Shown here: positions 14,496 through 18,950 of the stretch, in pieces
Layout of the letters: each line of letters begins with the position of its first letter
How positions within the stretch are numbered: the first letter of the stretch is position 1
From: a virus
Lineage: Duplodnaviria > Heunggongvirae > Uroviricota > Caudoviricetes
Length of the DNA stretch: 18,950 nt
IMG/VR virus record: IMGVR_UViG_2778261447_000004
Span: 1 to 18,950 of that record
Strand: one strand, 5' to 3'
Translations under genes and position numbers: made by a program
Notes under the pieces: model-generated
Databases searched by the model: none
The model's input: the letters and a program-made list of their open reading frames with translations, nothing else
Told to the model about the DNA's origin: nothing

Positions 14496-15990
14496 TCTTT
14501 CACACATTATTGCCGCAGCATTCAATGAACCGCTGCTTCTGGAGCCCGCCTATGCGCGGGTTTTCTTTTGCGCGCTCGGGCGCGAGATGGGGGCAGCAAG
14601 TCTTTCGGTACCACAACAGCAGGTACAGCTTGATGCTCCCGGAATGCTGGCTGAAACGGACGAGTACATGGCCGGAGGTAAACGACCGGCCCGTGTTTAC
14701 CGGGTGGTGAACGGTATTGCTGTACTGCCGGTGACCGGCATGCTGGTGCACCGGCTGGGTGGTATGCGGCCATTTTCCGGAATGACAGGCTATGACGGCA
14801 TTGTCGCCTGTCTTCAGCAGGCAATGGCGGACACCGCTGTCCGGGGCGTACTGCTGGACATTGACAGTCCGGGCGGGCAGGCCGCAGGCGCGTTTGACTG
14901 TGCTGACATGATTTACCGCCTCCGTCAGCAGAAGCCGGTCTGGGCACTGTGCAATGACACGGCCTGTTCTGCAGCCATGCTGCTGGCGTCGGCCTGCTCC
15001 CGACGGCTGGTTACCCAGACATCCCGTATCGGCTCCATTGGCGTGATGATGAGCCATCTCAGCTATGCCGGTCATCTGGCGCAGGCCGGTGTGGATATCA
15101 CGCTGATTTATGCCGGGGCGCACAAGGTGGATGGCAATCAGTTTGAAGCCTTACCGGAAGAGGTGCGTCAGGACATGCAGCAGCGCATTGATGCGGCACA
15201 CCGGATGTTTGCCGAAAAAGTGGCGATGTATACCGGGCTGTCTGTGGATGTGGTCACGGGAACAGAGGCCGCCGTTTTTGAAGGTCAGTCCGGCATTGAG
15301 GCCGGGCTGGCGGATGAATTAGTCAATGCGTCGGATGCCATCAGTGTGATGACCACGGCGCTGTACACACATGATACAGGAGGCACTATGCCGCAATTAA
15401 CTGCAACGGAAGCCGCCGCGCAGGAGAACCAGCGAGTGATGGGGATCCTGACGAGTAAGGAAGCGAAAGGACGTGAACAGCTTGCCACGATGCTGGCGGG
15501 ACAACAGGGCATGAGCGTTGAACAGGCCCGGGAGATACTGGCCGCGGCGGCACCACAGCAGCCGGTGGCATCCGCGCAGAGTGAAGCCGATCGCATTATG
15601 GCGTGTGAAGAGGCGAAAGGTCGTGAACAACTGGCGGCAACGCTGGCGGCGATGCCGGAGATGACGGTGGAAAAAGCCCGCCCGATCCTGGCAGCTTCAC
15701 CGCAGGCGGATGCCGGACCATCACTCCGTGATCAGATCATGGCCCTGGATGAGGCAAAAGGGGCTGAGGCGCAGGCTGAACAGCTGGCTGCCTGCCCGGG
15801 AATGACCGTGGAGAACGCCCGGGCTGTGCTGGCTGCGGGATCAGGTAAGGCAGAACCGGTCTCTGCATCCACAACCGCCATGTTTGAACATTTCATGGCG
15901 AACCATTCACCGGCAGCGGTACAGGGTGGCGTGCCACAGACGTCAGCAGACGGTGATGCGGACGTGAAAATGCTCATGGCCATGCCATGA
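14485..15990 (+). CDS. C: Head maturation protease/scaffold gpC (501 aa), with expanded C-terminal repeat region
   Basis: GTG start overlapping the B stop. AFNEPLLLEPAYARVFFCAL matches lambda gpC AFNEPLMLEPAYARVFFCAL. About 60 aa longer than lambda C because of tandem repeats. Confidence 0.9.
   Translation: MRRNLSHIIAAAFNEPLLLEPAYARVFFCALGREMGAASLSVPQQQVQLDAPGMLAETDEYMAGGKRPARVYRVVNGIAVLPVTGMLVHRLGGMRPFSGMTGYDGIVACLQQAMADTAVRGVLLDIDSPGGQAAGAFDCADMIYRLRQQKPVWALCNDTACSAAMLLASACSRRLVTQTSRIGSIGVMMSHLSYAGHLAQAGVDITLIYAGAHKVDGNQFEALPEEVRQDMQQRIDAAHRMFAEKVAMYTGLSVDVVTGTEAAVFEGQSGIEAGLADELVNASDAISVMTTALYTHDTGGTMPQLTATEAAAQENQRVMGILTSKEAKGREQLATMLAGQQGMSVEQAREILAAAAPQQPVASAQSEADRIMACEEAKGREQLAATLAAMPEMTVEKARPILAASPQADAGPSLRDQIMALDEAKGAEAQAEQLAACPGMTVENARAVLAAGSGKAEPVSASTTAMFEHFMANHSPAAVQGGVPQTSADGDADVKMLMAMP
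15388..15990 (+). CDS. nu3: Scaffolding protein Nu3-like, in-frame internal start within C (200 aa)
   Basis: In-frame ATG at 15388 with a strong internal ACAGGAGG 4 nt upstream. In lambda, Nu3 is likewise an in-frame C-terminal product of the C reading frame. Confidence 0.55.
   Translation: MPQLTATEAAAQENQRVMGILTSKEAKGREQLATMLAGQQGMSVEQAREILAAAAPQQPVASAQSEADRIMACEEAKGREQLAATLAAMPEMTVEKARPILAASPQADAGPSLRDQIMALDEAKGAEAQAEQLAACPGMTVENARAVLAAGSGKAEPVSASTTAMFEHFMANHSPAAVQGGVPQTSADGDADVKMLMAMP
15451..15885 (+). repeat. Three tandem in-frame repeats of about 141-150 bp (about 47 aa) within the C/Nu3 scaffold region
   Basis: Protein modules TSKEAKGREQLATMLAGQQGMSVEQAREILAAAAPQQ / ACEEAKGREQLAATLAAMPEMTVEKARPILAASPQAD / ALDEAKGAEAQAEQLAACPGMTVENARAVLAAGSG, starting near 15451, 15601 and 15742. 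Lambda has a single copy (CEEAHGREEQARVLAETPGMTVKTARRILAAAPQ). Confidence 0.6.
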
Positions 15991-16026
15991 AGCCAGTGCT
16001 GACCATCAATAGGAGGTTTTTACAAT

Positions 16027-16374
16027 ATGGTAACGAAAACCATCACTGAACAGCGTGCGGAAGTACGTATTTTTGCCGGTAATGATCCGGCTCATACCGC
16101 CACAGGCAGCAGCGGGATTTCCTCGCCAACACCGGCACTGACGCCCCTGATGCTGGATGAAGCCACCGGGAAACTGGTGGTCTGGGACGGACAGAAAGCC
16201 GGTAGTGCGGTTGGCATACTGGTACTGCCGCTTGAAGGCACAGAGACGGTGCTGACGTATTACAAGTCGGGAACCTTTGCGACGGAGGCAATCCACTGGC
16301 CTGAAAGTGTGGATGAACACAAAAAGGCCAACGCCTTTGCCGGGAGTGCCCTGAGTCACGCGGCGCTGCCGTAA
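16027..16374 (+). CDS. D: Head decoration protein gpD
   Basis: DPAHTATGSSG...LTPLMLDEATGKLVVWDG...AVGILV...YYKSGTF matches lambda gpD. AGGAGG upstream. Confidence 0.9.
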   Translation: MVTKTITEQRAEVRIFAGNDPAHTATGSSGISSPTPALTPLMLDEATGKLVVWDGQKAGSAVGILVLPLEGTETVLTYYKSGTFATEAIHWPESVDEHKKANAFAGSALSHAALP

Positions 16375-16381
16375 CACGTTA

Positions 16382-16403
16382 TCAGGCCACCGCGGTGGCC
16401 TGA
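16382..16403. other. Perfect 22-bp palindrome TCAGGCCACCGCGGTGGCCTGA between D and E (stem-loop; possible attenuator or RNA-processing site)
   Basis: Sequence is its own reverse complement. Lies 8 nt after the D stop. Weakly T-rich downstream (ctgatttctg). Confidence 0.3.
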
Positions 16404-16431
16404 CTGATTTCTGAATGAAAGGAACTGATTT

Positions 16432-17460
16432 ATGGGATTGTTTACGACCCGCCAGTTACTCGGTTATACCGAACAAAAAGTGAAATTTCGTGCGCTGTTT
16501 CTGGAGCTGTTTTTCCGTCGTACGGTGAATTTCCATACCGAAGAGGTGATGCTGGACAAAATTACCGGAAAAACGCCGGTGGCGGCCTATGTCTCCCCGG
16601 TTGTTGAAGGAAAAGTGCTGCGTCATCGTGGTGGTGAAACCCGCGTGTTGCGTCCGGGCTACGTCAAGCCGAAACACGAATTTAATTCCCGGCAGGCGGT
16701 TGAGCGCCTTCCTGGTGAAGATCCGGCTCAACTGAATGATCCGGCTTACCGCCGTCTGCGTATCATTACCGATAACCTCAAACAGGAAGAGCACGCGATT
16801 GTCCAGGTGGAAGAAATGCAGGCGGTAAATGCCGTGCTGTATGGCAAATACACCATGGAAGGAGACCAGTTCGAGAAAATTGAGGTCGATTTTGGCAGGT
16901 CGACGAAGAATAACATTACGCAGGCCAGTGGTAAAAAATGGTCTGAGCACGATCGTGACACGTTCGATCCTGCGCATGATATTGACCTCTACTGCGACCA
17001 GGCCAGCGGCCTTGTGAATATTGCCATTATGGACGGTACCGTCTGGCGTCTGCTGAATGGTTTTAAGCTGTTCCGCGAAAAACTGGATACCCGTCGCGGT
17101 TCAAATTCGCAACTCGAAACGGCAGTGAAAGACCTGGGGGCGGTGGTGTCTTTCAAAGGGTATTACGGTGATCTGGCCATTGTGGTGGCGAAAACGTCTT
17201 ATGTGGCAGAGGACGGTACCGAAAAACGTTATCTGCCAGACGGCACGCTGGTCCTGGGGAATACTGCTGCAGATGGGATCCGTTGTTACGGTGCCATTCA
17301 GGATGCACAGGCGTTGTCTGAAGGCGTGGTGGCCTCTTCCCGTTATCCGAAACACTGGCTGACGGTGGGGGATCCCGCCCGTGAATTTACCATGACGCAG
17401 TCCGCGCCGCTGATGGTGTTGCCGGACCCGGATGAGTTTGTGGTGGTACAGGTGAAATAA
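16432..17460 (+). CDS. E: Major capsid protein gpE (342 aa)
   Basis: Collinear with lambda gpE: PGYVKPKHE, DPAYRR.RII, VEEMQAV.AVL.GKYTM, LDTRRGSNS.LETAVKDLG, GDPAREFTM.QSAPLM.L.DPDEFV.VQ. Confidence 0.95.
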   Translation: MGLFTTRQLLGYTEQKVKFRALFLELFFRRTVNFHTEEVMLDKITGKTPVAAYVSPVVEGKVLRHRGGETRVLRPGYVKPKHEFNSRQAVERLPGEDPAQLNDPAYRRLRIITDNLKQEEHAIVQVEEMQAVNAVLYGKYTMEGDQFEKIEVDFGRSTKNNITQASGKKWSEHDRDTFDPAHDIDLYCDQASGLVNIAIMDGTVWRLLNGFKLFREKLDTRRGSNSQLETAVKDLGAVVSFKGYYGDLAIVVAKTSYVAEDGTEKRYLPDGTLVLGNTAADGIRCYGAIQDAQALSEGVVASSRYPKHWLTVGDPAREFTMTQSAPLMVLPDPDEFVVVQVK

Positions 17461-17468
17461 TCCGTGAG

Positions 17469-17497
17469 CGGGGGCGAAATGCCCCCGTGTCTTTTTT
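17469..17497 (+). terminator. Rho-independent terminator or attenuator immediately after the major capsid gene
   Basis: Stem CGGGGGC (17469-17475), loop GAAAT, stem GCCCCCG (17481-17487), then TGTCTTTTTTC. Confidence 0.6.
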
Positions 17498-17511
17498 CAA
17501 AGAGGCCTGAT

Positions 17512-17874
17512 ATGGCAACGAAAGAGCAAAATCTGAAACGGCTTGATGAACTGGCCCGGATTCTGGGGCGTGAGCCGGATATATCCGGGAGTGCCGCAGA
17601 GATAGCGCAGCGGGTGGCGGAATGGGAAGAGGAAGCAGAGGACAAAAACCAGGCGAGTGATGAGAACGAAAGGCATTTGATGACGTATAGCCACTCCACT
17701 GGCGGGGATGAAATGAGCACTGTTCGTGTACTCAAAACCCTGCATGTGGCGGGAAAACATCCGCATGATGACAGTGATATGGAGATTGTTGTTACAGGTA
17801 TGACTGTCAGAGTTGATCCAGTGAATGTTGCGGAACTTGTCCTGGAGGGGCTTGTTACAGATGAAAGTTATTAA
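17512..17874 (+). CDS. FI: DNA-packaging / head assembly protein gpFI-like (120 aa)
   Basis: Position between E and FII. N-terminus MATKEQNLKRLDELARILGREPDISGSAAEIAQRVAEWEEE resembles lambda FI MTKDELIARLRSLGEQLNRDVSLTGTKEELALRVAELKEE. AGAGG upstream. Confidence 0.7.
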   Translation: MATKEQNLKRLDELARILGREPDISGSAAEIAQRVAEWEEEAEDKNQASDENERHLMTYSHSTGGDEMSTVRVLKTLHVAGKHPHDDSDMEIVVTGMTVRVDPVNVAELVLEGLVTDESY

Positions 17875-18223
17875 TATCAGGGATAACGGTTTTGATACAG
17901 CCATTGCCCGGGCTGATGAAACGATACGCGGGCATATGGGAACGTCAGCCACCATTACATCCGGTGAGCAGCCCGGCGCAGTAATACGTGGTGTTTTTGA
18001 TGACCCTGAAAATATCAGCTATGCCGGACAGGGCGTGCGCGTTGAAGGCTCCAGCCCGTCCCTGTTTGTCCGGACTGATGATGTGCGGCAGCTGCGGCGT
18101 GGAGACACGCTGACCATCGGTGAGGAAAACTTCTGGATAGACCGGGTTTCGCCGGATGATGGCGGAAGCTGTCATCTCTGGCTTGGGCGGGGCGTACCGC
18201 CTGCCGTTAACCGTCGCCGCTGA
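17861..18223 (+). CDS. FII: Head-tail connector gpFII
   Basis: FDTAIARADETIRGHMGTSATITSGEQPGAVIRGVFDDPENISYAGQGVRVEGSSPSLFVRTDDVRQLRRGDTLTIGEENFWIDRVSPDDGGSCHLWLGRGVPPAVNRRR is near-identical to lambda gpFII. Confidence 0.85.
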   Translation: MKVINIRDNGFDTAIARADETIRGHMGTSATITSGEQPGAVIRGVFDDPENISYAGQGVRVEGSSPSLFVRTDDVRQLRRGDTLTIGEENFWIDRVSPDDGGSCHLWLGRGVPPAVNRRR

Positions 18224-18234
18224 AAGGGGGATGT

Positions 18235-18810
18235 ATGGCCATACAGGGTCTTGAGCAGGCCGTTGAAAACCTCAGCCGTATCAGCAGAACGGCGGTGCCC
18301 GGTGCGTCAGCAATGGCCATTAACCGCGTGGCCACAACGGCGATTAATCAGTCTTCGTCTCAGGTCGCCCGTGAAACCCGGGTGCCGAGAAAACTTGTTA
18401 AAGAGCGATCCAGACTGAAACGGGCTACGGTCAGAAATCCGAACGCAAAAATTATCGTTAACCGCGGCGATCTTCCTGTGATTAAGCTGGGGATCAGGAT
18501 GCTGGGACGTCGCCCGAACAGCATACTCAAAGCCGGTCAGCATCGTTATCAGCGGGCATTCATCCAGCGACTGAATAATGGGCGCTGGCATGTTATGCAA
18601 CGTCTGCCAGAAGCCAGGTATGCGAAGGGCAATGACGATAAGGGAAGGAAAAAGCGTAATCGTCTTCCCATTCAGGTGGTGAAAATTCCGATGTCGGCCC
18701 CACTGAAACAGGCTTTTGATGAGAACGTTAACCGTATCCGACGCGAACGTCTGCCAAAAGAACTGAGCTATGCGCTGAAACAACAACTGAGGATTGTGAT
18801 AAAGCGATGA
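18235..18810 (+). CDS. Z: Tail assembly/completion protein gpZ
   Basis: MAIQGLEQAVENLSRISRTAVPGASAMAINRVA matches lambda gpZ MAIKGLEQAVENLSRISKTAVPGAAAMAINRVA, and the C-terminus RRERLPKEL.YAL..QLR.VIKR is shared. Confidence 0.9.
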   Translation: MAIQGLEQAVENLSRISRTAVPGASAMAINRVATTAINQSSSQVARETRVPRKLVKERSRLKRATVRNPNAKIIVNRGDLPVIKLGIRMLGRRPNSILKAGQHRYQRAFIQRLNNGRWHVMQRLPEARYAKGNDDKGRKKRNRLPIQVVKIPMSAPLKQAFDENVNRIRRERLPKELSYALKQQLRIVIKR

Positions 18811-18950
18811 AAAATACTGATATCCGTACAGCCGTACTGGATGCACTGGAGAAGCATGACACCGGGGCGACGCTTTTTGATGGTCGCCCCGCTGTTTTTG
18901 ATGAGGCGGATTTTCCGGCAGTTGCCGTTTATCTCACCGGCGCTGAATAC
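18808..18950 (+). CDS. U: Tail terminator gpU, N-terminal part (gene continues beyond the window)
   Basis: MKNTDIRTAVLDALEKHDTGATLFDGRPAVFDEADFPAVAVYLTGAEY matches the lambda gpU N-terminus. ATGA overlap with Z. Confidence 0.85.

Noticed and set aside
10920-15990. Numerous long minus-strand ORFs (for example 11328-11912, 12732-13598, 14500-15123, 15285-15596) inside the terminase, portal and gpC genes
   Set aside because: They lie antisense to plus-strand genes with unambiguous lambda homology. High GC content generates long spurious open frames, and none has a convincing ribosome-binding site.
1-18950. CRISPR arrays, rRNA or tRNA genes, integrase or attachment sites, IS elements
   Set aside because: No direct-repeat/spacer periodicity, no rRNA- or tRNA-like conserved motifs, and no recombinase- or transposase-like ORF was seen. 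The window is entirely late-region phage DNA.

Overview
The window reads as the late region of a lambda-like (lambdoid) prophage, most likely from an enterobacterial host, transcribed almost entirely on the + strand. All identifications come from reading the translations and the DNA by eye; no database search or computation was run, and family assignments rest on recalled sequences. Order, left to right: (1) end of the nin-like region, with a minus-strand ParD/ParE-type toxin-antitoxin pair and a lipoprotein gene, then a DUF968-type protein, RusA and a Q-like antiterminator; (2) a lambda PR'-like late promoter with pause element and a tR'-like terminator; (3) cargo at the position where Stx phages carry stx: a small winged-helix-like ORF and an orphan DNA methyltransferase; (4) a mosaic lysis cassette: phage-21-type pinholin, a 103-aa ORF, an AT-rich antisense small gene, a SAR endolysin, and lambda-type Rz/Rz1; (5) an AT-rich accessory cassette between Rz and cos (7389-9394) encoding paralogous small proteins, a 286-aa protein, a two-helix membrane protein and an apparent HNH-endonuclease remnant, which is the best candidate for an undescribed system; (6) a small minus-strand ribbon-helix-helix gene and a lambda-like cos site; (7) lambda-type head genes Nu1, A, W, B, C/Nu3, D, E, FI, FII, Z and the start of U. 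No tRNA, rRNA, CRISPR array, integrase or IS element was seen.
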